Positions 37,331 to 51,899 of a DNA stretch of 64,000 nt are shown one piece after another. The DNA is taken from positions 66,280,001 through 66,344,000 of the forward strand of contig NC_045696.1 of assembly GCF_009834535.1 (NCBI RefSeq). Reading direction: 5' to 3'. Position 1 is the stretch's first letter, and each line of letters starts with the position of its first letter. A program made the translations under genes and the position numbers. This stretch comes from Camelus ferus (taxonomy: Eukaryota). The notes under the pieces were generated by a model, which made no database searches, was not told the origin of the DNA, and saw nothing but the letters and a program-made list of their open reading frames with translations.

Positions 37331-40300
37331 CCCAGGAGAAGGCAGTCCTGATACAACCAGGCACTATAGACTTCTACCTGGCATTATGACCTATAGCTTT
37401 TCCTACTAGGTCACTGGGAATCCATGGTTAAAACCGGAAGGCTATCCTGGATTAACAGATGAAGAAGCTGAGGCTCTGGGAAAATATCTTACCCAAGGTG
37501 ACTCAATTGTTAATAAGACAGAAGAGCTAAACCTGCTCCACTTGACGCCTTCCACACTGCCTGCTGGGTCTGTAAGGGCACGGAGGGCACCTCCTCATCC
37601 TCTTCTCAGCCTCAGCATTGCACACACATCTTGCTTGTGGCAAGTGCTTAGGAATTCAATTTACTGGAATTTTTTTGTGATCAGAGACCATGAATTAGAA
37701 CAAGCTGAGATATTATAGCATATCATGATTACTAATGCCCCACATAGAATACAAACGAGAAACTATAATGTACTTGCCTAACTAAAGAGACTTTAAACAG
37801 AGGATCAAAATATTGGTTTTGGTTTTTTAACCAGGGACCAACTAAGTTCAGCTAAGCTAAACTGATTTCCAGAGATGAAACTAACTAAAAGTGATAAAGC
37901 CCAAAAGGGAGACTGAGAATGAAAACGCATGACAGAAGGAGACTGATCATGTGACCCATCCATTTTAGTGAAATGTTCCAACCACACAATTCAAATATTT
38001 GTGAAAAAAAAATTCTTTGGGGATCAAATGCATTAGCAGTAATTCCTTAGTGCCACCTTTGCCACATTGCTTTCCACTACCCTTTTAAAATTTCCACTAT
38101 TATCAGGCTAAAATACAAAGTGTTTCGAGTGGCATGCATGATCTTTCTCAATCTGATCCTCCTCTGCTTCTCCAGACTCACCTGCTATGATTTCAAACAT
38201 GCATGCATGTACCTTTGAACCAGTAACTCTCTCTCCAGCATCTGGAAAAGTCTCCCCCCTCTGCCTGGAAGATCCTTGTCCTCCCCCTTTCTTCACCACC
38301 TAACTAACTCCTCTGCCACTTTCTAGACTCAGGTTTCATTACCTCCTAGATGATTGACTCTAAAAACTGATCATCAGAATCACCTGGGGAGTTGTTATCA
38401 AAGAGCAGATACCTACAGAGACTATGATTTCCAGACATCATAATTTCCAAAAATCGCTGCCATAGATAACTCCTCTGAGCCCACCCTTCCCCTCACATCG
38501 GACTGTTACTGTCTATGTCTCTCCTCCCTACCAGGTTGAGAGCTCCTTGTCAACAGAGACATGACTTCCAGTTCTCTAACACCAGCCAGCTTTAGATCAG
38601 TAATAAACGTTGGATGAAAAAATGAATAAATGAAGTTGGCAAGTCATAAGCTTCTTTGCTCAAACTGTTTCCCCTGCCTACAACAGGAGCATATCTTCGC
38701 CTTTATTTTCTGCTAACCTTTTCAGCCTCTCAGTTAAAGTTACTCTTTCCTTGCTATGGCAGATGTTTTTGTTTATTTTTCTCTTGTAACACTTTATAAC
38801 CTGACTTACATTTATGTATTTGTGCATCTCTCCCACTGAGTTCTAAGCTCCCAATGTCAGAGACTGTCTTTTTCAAATTTTTGATTCTTTCAGCCATCAT
38901 CAACATACCCTATCCATACTTGTTGAATTAAACCAACATTTGCATCTCTTTAATTTTCTAATCTTTCATATTCCCAGAATAAATACAATCCTTATGAGCA
39001 CATAACAAAATATCATTCAGAAATACATCCAATAATCTTACATTAATCACAGATGTAAATGCTGTTGATTCGCTATGAAAAATTTAGGATCATACTCATA
39101 TAAATGTGTATGGGTGTGTATGTATATACTTATATGGATATATCTCTCCAACAGGAAGGGAGGTGAGGTTTCAGACCTTTGGAGCAGGACGTAATCAGTT
39201 CAAGGAGATGAGATTCTTAATAGTAAATAAAAATGTAATTGATGATTTCAGCAAAATTTATTTTGAAGGCAGTGATTTGGATTATTTTGCAAACTGAACC
39301 CCAACCATCCAGCCCTAACTTTCCTTCAATTGCAAGCTATGTCAGGAAGGATCTGTCAGTAAGAACAGTAAGTGACAATGGTTGCGGGGCTTAGCAAAGT
39401 GAAGGAGGTGGTTACTGGATGCATTGTTGCAGCTGTGAAAATCTGAAGTCAAGGTACGGAAACAGCAGAGGGATAAACTTGGAGCTAGGTAACTAATCAC
39501 AATTTTTTTTTTTTTAATGGGGGAGCTAAGTTAAGACAAGGGTAAAGAAATGGACAAGGTTTAGAGACGGAACATGAATGGAGGAAGGTAACATTTGAGT
39601 TGGAGAAAATGAATGTTCTAAAATAGAAAACCTATGGCCCACTTATTTTGGATTAACTCACAAATACCTTGTTGGGTAGAAGGAAGACTCTTGAAGGGAG
39701 TCAACTGTAAATGCTGAATAAATAGATGGTGAATGGATAAATTCATGAAAGAATTTCTGGTTCAATTTATGCCCATAATTTCAAGTAGAACTATTATACT
39801 CTGTTGTTTAAAACTTCTGCTATCCTCTTTAAGCAGAAATGTCTATATCTCCCAACTGTAACTGGGCACCAACACAAAACAAACTGGTTTCCTCCTTCAT
39901 GAGCAACATTCATGTCTGAAGCATTTTCTCTTACTCCCATTATGTGGGTCACCTTTCAGCTGAGGTCCAGCATGGCCCAGGGTTTTCCCCAGTATGACCC
40001 GGCTCAGATGTATGAGGCTACACTTACAACCCTGACACTCCAAAGAGCCCAAGGGTTGAAGCAAAATTAAATGCCAGGTCTGTAGAACAGCCTAAATCCC
40101 CTTGGTCAGTTAACATTTGCAAAATACTGTCAGTAAGCTTTTAAGCAAACACTATTTATTTGACCTTCAGAAATTATATGTGAAAAGCAAAGGTAGGACT
40201 GCTTATCGTTTATCCTAAAATGTACTTCACTAACTGGAGTTTGAATATTCCTACTGAATATATAAAAATGACAGGGGTAGGTGTAGGAAGGAAAGAAACA

Positions 40301-43014
40301 GAAATATAGTAATTTACAATCTGTCTCTGAAAGTTTTGTAAACATATGCACCCATTCATAAAGAAACATAGCTTAGATATAAATCCAAAGACCTATAAAT
40401 CTAATGTCACTTAAACTTATTTAACTGTTCCCTACTCTGCTACCTTTAATTTGAAGATGCCAAATACAATGATAAACCTAATTACTCTTTGGTTATATTC
40501 TTATTAATGATGCTTAAAATTGGCACAGATATAATACTAAAACTCAACATATAGTATACATAAAATTTAAAAAATCTTTTTAGGTACTGTACTCTTCAGT
40601 CTTTTTTTTTCAAACAGCAACAAAAAAGACTTTTCTGTCTAACTGGTATTGTTATATTTTTTTAAAAAATAAGTGTCAATTGAAAAATTAATTCTAACAA
40701 GTGATGTGTCTAGATCTAGCTAGATAAATTGGTGTCTGGATGAGGGAGCAAACTCACGAATCTTATTACATGCTAAACTCCATGTGTCGCACGTATTAGG
40801 TTCAACCACAAGAGGATTGCTTTGCAAACAGATGGCCAACAGCAAGTCCAGTCCTGCAGAGTGATAAGGAGGGGAGTGATTCATAGTGTTAGAAGGGCAG
40901 GAGGGGAGAGAAGTAAACAGTCAACGTGCCACTCCTTTCGACGGCATCCTTCAGAAGCCTTGAACTTTTTCAGGTCTAAAGCAACTCACGGAACTTGCTG
41001 ATCACTTACATGTTTGACCCTGTACAAGTTAAAGATTTCTGACTCTGCCTCAGGGGAAATTAGTCCCCACCCCCACCCCCAAAAAAGCTATTTTCAGTGT
41101 TGGAGGGAAAACGGAGAAACTCCTATTGTTGCTTCCAGTGATTGATGGTCCCACCTCTCACGTGGTAGATCAGTATAGACTCTCGGTATCTGGAGTTTTT
41201 CTTTCTTTCACTTGCATTTTGAGCTCTCTAGAACCTTTCTGCGTCAAAACTCTAGGATTCATAAGATGTAAACAAGCTCAAATTCTGCTGCCTAAAATAC
41301 CTACGCTTACTGTCATCACCCATAAGGGAAGATAAACACCTGAGATGACCTCTGGGAAATTTCTCCTCACAAAAGTAGAAGAAAAGGAGAGTCAAGAGTT
41401 TCCTAACAAATAGGATGAGTTTTTTTTCATTGGGACAATATGCATAAGGATCTTTCATATCCTTAACCAGACTATCAAAGCAATACTGTGCCTGTCTGAT
41501 ACTTTTAGGCGTATCTGAATTGTCATGTATTTACCATGTCATTGATTGGTTCTGAAGTATCAGCCATAGATTTTCTACATCATTGACTGGTTCTAAGGAA
41601 TTCATTTATAAAGAAAAAATGTTGCCTGAGTCCTACACTAGATATTGGATAACCAAAGATGACTAAGAGAATATTTCTAGGCACTCACAACCTACCTTGA
41701 GCACAATAGCATTCCTTGGGGCAATGTAAATTAGTTAAATGCCATGTGTTATAGCGATATTTGAGGCATATACACCCCTTACACTTACGAAGTTCAAAAA
41801 AGGACAGTCTCTTTTAAAACTTTTGTTGTTAAAAAACAGAACGAAGTCAAAGTTTCTCTCTGTAAGCTTGTCAAGCAGGCTAGAAATCAGGGAACATATT
41901 TCTTTTTCATAAATGAGTCACTCCTAAAAATACAACATATTCTTAGTCTGTACGCTTTATGGAATCATTAATAAAATGTTTCTACTGTCATAGATGTGAA
42001 GTAAGAATCTGTTAGTGTCTCAGGGACACCCTGGAGATGGAGGTAAGTTATGGATGAGGAACAAGGACCAAGATGTATGAATCAATGGACAAAGGCTCTG
42101 GAAGACCCAGGTTTCAGCTCCAACTCAGACTTAGATTCATTATTTTAAGAACAAAATATTCACTGCTTTGAGCCTTATTTTCAAAGCAACAGGGGGAAGG
42201 GAAGGGAGTTCTCAATTCCTTAAAAGTCTTATTTTACAGGGGGCTTCCTAAACCCTACATATGTTGGACAAGGACACAGAGGCAGAGTCGGGGGTTCTGT
42301 CAGGGACCGGAGGTAGAATAAACAAAGGGCTGCATTTTGAGAATTGAGCAGATATCAGCATGACCAATAAGGAATGAGGGGCAAGGGGAAAGATCAGAGA
42401 TGAGCAGTCAAAGGCTAATAATGCCAACAGTCAGGAAACAGGAGCTGGAGAAGCCGGCTCCAGCTAGGAGATCAGATACACAGATCAGAAACAAGCCACT
42501 TGCATTAGGAAGACCTTGACACCTAAGGTAGGCCTTTGCCAAATCCCAAGCCGTTATGCTTCTCTGTAAGAAAAGGAATGGAGAGCTAATTTGCATGTAA
42601 CTGTTAGGTGCCAAGGGCCATGTTATGCACTTCCACAAATGCTCACTCCTTAATTCCATTTGCTTTTGAGGAAACTGAGGTTCAGAGAATGTTAGTAACT
42701 TTCTCAAGGTTCTGGGGACATGAAAGAGCTGGATGTCCATTCTGAAAAGATCTGCTGATGAGCCCTTTGGCTGAAAGTGAGCCCTGGTTCTTTTTGCAAG
42801 ACTTTTCAATTCTTTATGTTGGAAAAAAATCTTCAGATGTCCAATTTAAAGATCTATCACTAACCAGACTTCAAGTACAGTCAGTCCTGAGAAGATGCGA
42901 GCTAAGTAGGAACTGAAGGAGCCTGGGAGGTAAGTCCTAGCACCCAGACACTGGATCAGGTGCTCAGAGCCAGACTAAGCCCTCTGAGATATGTCGGTAA
43001 ACAGCTCAGGGGGT

Positions 43015-43320
43015 AACATACAGAAACAAAAACCAAATTTATCGTTGCCAGTGGGGGAAAGAGAGATGGGTAGGAAGATAAAGTGGGAGTATGGGATTTG
43101 CAGATACACACTACTACACATAAAATAGGTAAACAACAAGGTCCTACTGTATAGCATAGGGAACTATATTCAATATCTTGTAATAGCCTATAATGAAAAA
43201 GATTATGAAAAGGAATATATATATATACGTAATATTATATATATAACTGAATCTCTATGCTGTACTCCAGAAACTAACACAACATTGCAAACCAACTATA
43301 CTTTAATTTAAAAAAAAAAG
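43015..43320 (+). mobile_element. L1 3' end (artiodactyl-type) with poly(A)
   Basis: aaacaacaaggtcctactgtatagcatagggaactatattcaatatcttgtaata...aactatactttaatttaaaaaaaaaa. Confidence 0.9.
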
Positions 43321-45169
43321 AGATTACAGTGGCCGTGGACAGGGAGCAGCCCAGCCAGGCAGATGTTCAACCACCTGGGGCAGCAGGCACATAGATGCCA
43401 GTGTCAGAGAGTCTAGGGGCTGACAATATGCGGACCAAGAAGAATGGCAGAAGGTGTGAGGGCAGATTTCTGGGTGCCTCATTTGGAAGTGGGGTTCAGG
43501 AGTGAGCAAAAGCCCAGCTGCCAGGTGAATTGGAGAGAACAGTCTAGTGTTCTGTCCATTAATGAACAAATCGACAATTTATTTTGTATATACTGAGTTC
43601 AAAGCTTTGTTCTAGCCTGAGGTTACATGAGCGAACAAAGCAGACAAAGATGCCTACCTTCACAGAACTTACTTTCTATTGGAAAAAAGAAACTGGCAAG
43701 TACTTCAGGTACCAAAGAACAAGGCAAGAGTGTAATTTTAAGAGCAGAGATTAGTGGGCAAACTGAGAATATTAGAGAGCCTGACTCAGTTCTCTCCATC
43801 TGAACTATTATCCTATGACTTAAAAAGTTGCTTCCTAATAGAAACATCCTTGGTCTCAAAGCCTAGAGTGACACTGGACCTGCACGATGTAGTGGTTGGA
43901 GGGGTAGAACATCAGGAAAGGCACTACTGGTCTCATAGGATATATTTAAAAGAAAAATTATCATGAATAAATGGAATTCTCACATGCATATGACTTATTC
44001 ATGTCACTTGATTGCTTATATGAGAAGTTTAATGCTCAGGAGAACACCCATGGACACGGTAGAAATGTATACAGGTTGCACACTACAGAAGTCTGGTTCA
44101 TTATTCAGATCACAGTCTATGTGATTTCCATCCCTGCAGATATGCAGTGCACAACCTGAATGGCCATACCCAGCAGCTCTCAACATTTACCAAGAGCTGT
44201 AATGACTGATGTTAACCAAGATATATGACACTATAATCATTTACTAAAATTAGTCTGCAAAATATAAAGTTAAATTAACCTATTTAAATTAACTAGAGCA
44301 TTCAAAAGGAGATAGCTAAAGATATAGCATAAATTGAGGAAGTTTTATATTTTTCCTGTCTTTTCTGCAAGTGAAAGGAGGAACTTTCAAATTAAATAAA
44401 AATAATTGAAGAAGCAAGAACTCTCCAGGTGTCTAAAAAAAAAAAAATCTTTCAACCTAATCTTAAAAAGTCGTAACATAGCAGAGTTCTACTACCTCTA
44501 AGAGATATCTGAAATGGAAAGAGACACTTCCAAAGTCATAAAAGTGCAAGTGGCAGTCCTTGATTTAGAAAATCCAGACTTCTAAAGGCCTGTTGAATGT
44601 TCTGTCTGCCATATTATTATGACCTTCGTATAGAGAATGTCATCTGTTTAGGGTGAAAGGAAATGTTCTCTCTCTGCCTCAGGTTTTCTCAGAGTATAAA
44701 ATTTGCCTTGAAACTTTGTGCTAATTCTGACTCAGTTCACAGAAGCTTCACAGGTTTCACCTACCCACACCTACTTTTATTTGAGCAAGGGAAACTAACA
44801 TTTAGTCCTTCCCGCTAACAAACAAGTCTCGACAAAGGCAAGGCTTGTGAAGTCATTTTTCCAGCCATTCTTTCATAAGGTTTTGTTTATCATAAGGAGC
44901 CTGAGTCACTGTTCCCCCAAAAGTAGACAGGAAGAATAAAGGATAGAATGATTTTTAGGACATAAAACTCAATAAACAAATTAGCATATTTATATTTGTT
45001 GACATGGAAAGACATGATAAAATTGTAAATGATAAAAAGCTAATTAATAAATAGTAGGGGCTCATTTTTGTAAAGTATATGTATAGTTTTTGTTAGCAAA
45101 ATGCTAGGATAATTTACTTTAAAGTTTATAAAAAGGCTAGGATAATTCACTTCAAAATTCAAACAGTCA

Positions 45170-46107
45170 TGACTTCCTTTTTAGCATAATACCCTCTAAG
45201 TCCATTCATGGCAAGATTTCATTCTTTTTTATGGCTAATATTCCACTATATATATTTACATTCATATATATTTTCACATATATTTATCAAATATTCCACT
45301 ATATATATTCATATATATATGAAATAATTCAGACAGAGAAAGACAAATGCTGTATGACCTCATTTATATAGGGACTCCAAAAAACAAAATATGTGAATAA
45401 AAATAACAAAATGGAAACAGAATTATAGGTACAGAGAGCAAACAGGTGGTTACCAGAGGAAAGAGGCTTTGAGGGGAAAGAAATAGGTGAGGAAAATTAA
45501 AAGGTACAAACTTCCAGTTGAAACATAAATGAGTCACAGATATGAAATGCACAATGTGGGGAATACAGTCAATAACTAGTAATATCTTTGGTGACATACT
45601 CATAACTAGGCTTATTGTGGTGATCACTTTGAAATGTATAGAAAAAAATCACTATATTGTATAACAGGAACTAACATAGTTTTGTAGGTCACTTATGCTT
45701 CAAAAACAAATAAGCAATCATAAAAGGAACTCATAGAAAAGGAGGTCAGATTTGTGGTTACCAGAGGTGGAGGAGGGGAGAAGGAGAAATTGGATAAATG
45801 CAACAAAAGGTACTGCAAACTTCCAGTTATAAGATAAATAAATACTAGGGATGTAATGATAACATCATGATAAATATATATAACACTGTTGTATGCTGTA
45901 ACTTGTTAAGAGAGTAAATGCTAATATTTTCATCATCAAATTTCTTTTATATTTCTTTAATTTTATATCTATACGAGAGGATAAATGTCAACTAAACTTA
46001 CTGTGACTTACATAGATGTATGTAAGTCAGATCATTATGCTGTACACTATAAACTTTTATATAGTGCTGTACATCAACTATATCTCAATAAAACTGGAAG
46101 AAAAAAT
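45170..46107 (+). mobile_element. L1MA9-like 3' end with an inverted 5' segment (about 45170-45300 antisense)
   Basis: Antisense L1 text (ttagcataataccctctaagtccattcatg...ttcattctttttatggct) abuts sense text (cagacagagaaagacaaatgctgtatg), ending ctcaataaaactggaagaaaaaa. Confidence 0.75.
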
Positions 46108-47284
46108 ATATCAAATATAATATATAGCTGATGGATGTATTTTAGATTATTTCAATTAAGACAGTAGTTTACTTATCTAGATTTCCTAATTTTTCTACAA
46201 TGAATATTCACCGTATAATAAAAATGACAGAATAATCAAATTACACTAGTTTTCCATTTCATGTTCCTTTTTGAACATTTATAAATGAAGTTTAAGAGAT
46301 CGTTCATGCATCCAATATACCTTTACTGAGCAACTACTATACAAATCAGACCTATATACAATTTCATTTGAACCTCATTATGCTCCTGAGTGAGTCAGTT
46401 AAAAGATATGTTGGACCTGAAACTTTAGTGGTAATAACCAGAGAGAAAAGAAAAGGTACATAATCAGGTGGAACAGACTTGTAAAATGGACTTAACTCTA
46501 GGACTGGCCTCTCAAAGGCAGTTCCTATCCGGGGACGGCACCTGAATTAGAGAGTGGCATATGGCCGCACGATCTGCTACTCAGTAAAGATGACTTACAT
46601 GGGGTGAGCAACAGTGTTATATCGAGGGAATTCATCTGTCAAGAAACAATACTTAAGACAGTAAAATCCAGAGAAAGGCAAAGGAGAGCTCATCAGCTTG
46701 TCATGCTCCATGACTAGGTGTTTGAGATCCAGAGAATCAGGATATTTTATATTTTATAAGACTACTCTTTGTCCTCTAATAAAACGTTATAAGCTAAGAT
46801 GCTGGTTGAGGTTTAAAGACATGGTCTTTGCCTATGTATACACTAAGAGACTTTTTTGGTAGCAAGCTGACAGAAAACCCGTATCAAATAAGTTTAAATA
46901 ACTAAGGGGTTTGGTTGGCTTTCCTAAGTGAAAAGAATTCGAGAGAAGATAGAAATGCTTGCTGCTTCTTCTTCTTTTTTTTTTTTTTTTAATCAGAATT
47001 CCAGGTATGGCTGCATAATTCTTCACGTTCTACCTTCTTCAGAATGACAGCTTTGTCCTCCAGGTGGCTTTTCTCATCCTGACAGAATGACTCCAACATT
47101 TACATACACACATTTTACCATCTAGGAGATAGGAGACTCTCCATAAACTAGAATCCCCACTAAAAGTCCTGAAAGCCAACCCAAATGCACCAACTCGGGT
47201 CCAATGCCCACCTCTATTCCTATCACTGTGGTGAGAGGAATGAAATGCACTGACTGGATTAAATGATTGCATTAGATATCTGAT

Positions 47285-47766
47285 GCTGTGTAACAAGCTG
47301 TCCCCAAGTGTAGCAGCTTAAAATAAATGTGTTTCTGGGGGTCAGGAACACAGGGTCGGCTTAGCTGGGTGGTTCTGAGTCAGGACTGGTCAGGGCTGCA
47401 GCCTCATCTGGAGGCACAACTTGGGGCTGGTGCTTCCATTCCACTACTGTTGACCTGAGCTCCTCACTGCTTTTTGTCTGATCATTTCACATCTTCATTA
47501 TATGGGCTCATCCATTGGCTGCATAGTGTCCTCACAACACGGCAGCTGACTTCCCACAGAGCGAGGGGTCAGAGAGAGAAAATGAGGGAGTGTGTTCCTG
47601 AGAAGGAAGCTGCCATCTTTTCCATAACCTAATCTTAAACATACCATCAATTCTGCCAAACGTTATCAGTCACACAGACCTATAAAATGTGGGAGGGGGT
47701 TACACAGGGTATGCATACCAGGAGCGGGGAGAGTATTGGGGACCATTTTGGAGGCTCGCTACCACA
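47285..47766 (-). mobile_element. MaLR LTR (MLT1F/H-like)
   Basis: tgctgtgtaacaa...gcagcttaaa...ggcttagctgggtggttctg...ggggaccattttggaggctcgctaccaca. Confidence 0.75.
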
Positions 47767-48726
47767 GCCATGTGCACCACCTTGTAGCCAGGAACAGTGT
47801 CAGCTTCCATCCCATCACATGGGAGCCTGACATGAATGAAATCCCACTGTGTTCCCATGGAACCCTAATTCTAATGAATTACAAGAAGTTCCACAATAAA
47901 GAGGGCTCTGTGACCAGAAGAATTCAAGCAATAAAGCAAAACTAACAGATTTCATTTTGGAGAATATAACTTTTTTAAAACAAAATATTCTGTAGGTCCT
48001 GTTTTCTATGGAATCCTCTTTGACAAAAATTAGTTGGACACTTGTTGGAGAAATTTTTCACCTTAATTTTCCCCTGTCCTGATATATTACATACCCCTTG
48101 ATTAGCCAGCAAGTGTTTATTGAATATCCCCACTGAGAAATTTGTACCAGAATAATTGTTTTGAGTCTCTAGTTCACAGGCCAAATTTCACTATTTGATA
48201 GGTTTCATCTGGTGTGTGAGTAAATTCTTGGGGGAAGATAATCTATGCCTATAATTTCAAGTCTTAGGCATCATCAATTTTCCAAAAGGTCACAGGATAG
48301 AAAGATTATCTCATGGAAGTAATAATGATATATATTCTCTTGTTTTCTATCACACTGTACAGTTTCACAATGCACTTTTATATCCATTGGCAAATACAAA
48401 CGTTTGTAGTTATCAGGACAGAATGAATTATCCTATCATAAAAGAAAGAAGAAAAAAAAACTTTTCTTTCAGAAGGAAAAATTAATCTCCCTACTCAAAA
48501 GGAAGTGGGATATGAAAGATAGACTTCACTTACGATAAGAAGGGTTTAAAAATAACTCATGATTTCAAATTTTGTGTTGAAATGAACATTTTGAATGTTT
48601 GCATTTATCTTGTTCCTTGAACAAGTCCCACATCCTGCTCTGGAGCAATTTTAATGTTTTTGCAATCCTCAGACATTCTTATTTTTGGAGGACCGAGCTC
48701 ACATCATATCAAATATAGTGGAAGCT

Positions 48727-50686
48727 GTGGTATGTTGCCCAAACCTTCCTAAAAAATAAAGCACTCACTCCCCCAAGATTATGGGAATGTTGGATGCTGG
48801 TGGATCATAGCTAAGCCCCTCTTTCAGGTATTGATCTCAGTTACAGGGAGCTTCTCACCCAAGCACACATTTCCTCCTATGAAGGAGCTCACATCTTAGG
48901 TTGTAGGGAAACAAAAAGTCATGTTCTCTTTCCCCAATTTGGGAGAACTCTGGTCATCCCAAGTCAAGAGTTCCCTATGGGATTAACTAAATCCTTGTTA
49001 CAACTGCATCACAGTTCAACTTTTTCCTCTGTCCAGTCTTCTCCCCTCACCTATTTATGTGTATGTTTCAGTAAATTTGCTTCCTTAGTCTCCATCTCAG
49101 AATCTTTGTTCCCAGAGAATTTGACTTAAGACCATTAGTATCCAGAGTGGGGCTAAGAAATGGGATTTTAGAAGCCAGATCACCTGCTGGTGGCTTACTA
49201 TGTTAGTGAAATTGTTAAAAACTTCACTGGTGATTAACTTGGATGGCACAATATTGGAAGGGAATACCCTGATGGTACAATATGCCATAAATTTGGAGAA
49301 CGGCAACAAAAAAGCCAAAAGTGATAAATTACCCACTTAAATTACTAACTTAAAGTACAAGTCAGAGGCAATATATACAAAGGTTCTCAGCTCTCTTAGA
49401 TGGAAGGCCAAGAAGAGCAACTTAGGACTCAAGAGCTCCAAGGAGTGTTGAATTGCTGCCTAGAAAGTCTGCTATGCCACTATCAGGGCCCTGATTGGGA
49501 TGAAGCAGGATCCTTAGATGTGGAGTTGGAATAACTGAGTTGATGCACTTGAAAACCTCAATTCTCCAGCCCATATCCACTGGACCTATAAGGGTGATCC
49601 ACTCTACTAAGTTAAAGACTAGGCTTTCTCCCTGCTTGAGAACTATGTAGAGGTTTCTGCTCTGCAAGGCAACACACACCCTCCCCACCTTTGAATATAC
49701 CAACACTTCTCCACTTGACCAGTAATTAGGGTTAAGTAACAACATAACTTGGCTGAGAAAACTGGGCCTCATGGGGAGGAATGGGACACAGGCTGAAGAA
49801 ATGCTGGATCTAGTCAAGACACAGTGACAGCAGCTGGAAGAGAATATAGAGGATGAGGGACCCAGAGTGCAGACTGAAAGAGTGTGGGCAGAACACAAAG
49901 CTCAGTAAGGAAGAACTGACTGATGTGGCATCACCCTCCTGCCAACAAGCGTCTAGGACGGCTCTGGGAAGCTTGGGGAAAGCAATGGCTCCTATTAGGT
50001 GAAGCAAAAATACTAGAACTCTCATGGAGGATGGTGGCAGGAGATATCAAAAGGCTCAAAGACAAGAGCAGGTCAGAATGATTACACTGTCTAAGGCTGG
50101 AAGCCCACCAGCCAATTATCTTCTATGGAAAAGCCCAGGAGATGCTCCACTTACCAACACCGTGAAGAGGAAGCAGGGCAGCAGCATGGTTGGAAAGATC
50201 AGCCATGGCCGTCATCAGCAGGTCAAAACTGATGGCAGCAGAGGCAGCCACAGAAGAATGAGGGTTCCCGAAATAACACAGGCCAGTGGTAGCGATTAAC
50301 TGCCTAAAGCAAAGACGTATAATTATTGTGATGGTCAGAGTGGCAGCCAGGGGTCATGAGAGGTGTGCGTAGGTAGCCTGTGGAGATGGTTAGTAGATCA
50401 CAGTGTTCTTAGGCACAAGATAGCTGGACAGCCAAAACAGCATTGCTTAATTCACACAACCAAACGAATCAAGGATAGATAAATGGGAGGCTGGCGGCAA
50501 CTGTCCCAGTAAAAGTCCTAGTTTCCAGATCTGAACCAGTTCTCAAGACCAGAATCCATTGGCTAAAGGAGAGAAATGAAAGACAGAGTTCCACGAAGAA
50601 GAAAATCTAAGAAAGCACCTAGGGGCCTGCCGTACTGGTGAGATTGTCAGGGACTCTGTGGTGTATGACATGCTAAGATTCCTCTC

Positions 50687-50717
<31 letters not shown>

Positions 50718-51720
50718 CACTAGGCAGCCCTCTTTGAAGGCAACATATTATGCATTTGACTCATTTACCAGATGACGTGCAAGGTTGCCAGCTTTGAGGG
50801 GGCCCAGAGCTCAGCTGTTGATTCAGACTGCAGTGAGGGCAGCCTCATCACTTGAGCCACGTGAACAAGCAAACCCTAATGTTACTAGAAGTATGGCAAG
50901 TCCCAGTAGGACTTAGAATAACAATATAAATCCCTAGCTTTATGGAGCAAGTTTTGGTACAAGGCTGTGAAAGTAAACACCATTTGAAAACCAATCCCTG
51001 GGAGAGATGGGCCTGGGAGAGATGCGGTATCTATTCATGGAACAACAACAAAAACTGGCCAGAGATACCCAGCATGAACTATGTCCTATCAGAACCACAA
51101 AGCTGTAAGATCAGGGATGTCCACAGCAATTTATTGTTAGACAGAAGAGGCACATCCAGAACGGCATGCACAGGGCTGGAGCTACACGAACTGGGGGTCT
51201 GGTTTCCCAAGCCATACATCACTGCAATACTGTGTATCAACTGTATATCACCTGTCTCTGAGCCAAAACTATGTTCACATGGGGACTTCCTTATATCTGG
51301 CTGGATGAAGGAAGAGGGGAAAAAGGACAAGCTTTGTTCACAGATAGTTTGGCTCAGCATATGGTGAGAACCAAATATGGACCACTTTGCATTACAGCCT
51401 CACTCAGGACAACACTAGAAAACAGCAGTGAGGAGAAATCCTCCCAGTAGGCAGAACTTCAGATAAAACTAATGATTCACCACGTGTGATTAGAGAAATG
51501 TTTCGTAGTAAGAATATACACAAACTCAAGGACAAGGGCAAATAGATGTACAGGACACTGGAAGAAATACTAGATTTTGCAAAAAGGAGGTCTAGGGAAG
51601 AGACATGTGGATATATCTATAGGGCTGGGCACAAAGTGGATCACATGTTAATGCCCACCAGAGAGCATCTATCGTGAAAGGGGCAATAAACAAACAGGCA
51701 GTTGACATCAGCCAGTAAGT
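48727..51720 (+). mobile_element. Decayed ERVL-class provirus: LTR16-like LTR (about 48727-49132) plus ERV3-16A3-like internal remnant
   Basis: LTR16-like motifs (gcactcactccccca...gggaatgttggatgctg; ctccatctcagaatc...cccagagaa...ttaagac) followed by GC-richer internal sequence with no intact ORF. Family names are recalled. Confidence 0.6.
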
Positions 51721-51899
51721 ACAACTTATTTGAAGGTATAGCCTCAGCCCAACTCTTGGAGAAATCTAACCGATAGCACATGACCCTAATTGCCAGACAG
51801 AGGAAAGAAACAAAACAAACCAAATTATACCCTGGTCTTCACTGTCTTTTTATTCACAACATCTGAAATGTAAATAAAAAGTATAATTAAAAAGTATAA

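Noticed and set aside
16930..46400. Scattered AP-1 heptamers (TGA(C/G)TCA)
   Set aside because: A 7-mer is expected several times by chance in this length; no clustering or conservation evidence.
49422..51367. ORFs of 141-158 aa as a domesticated retroviral gene
   Set aside because: They lie in a heavily decayed ERVL-type internal region, and I recognise no intact gag/pol motifs or continuous frame.
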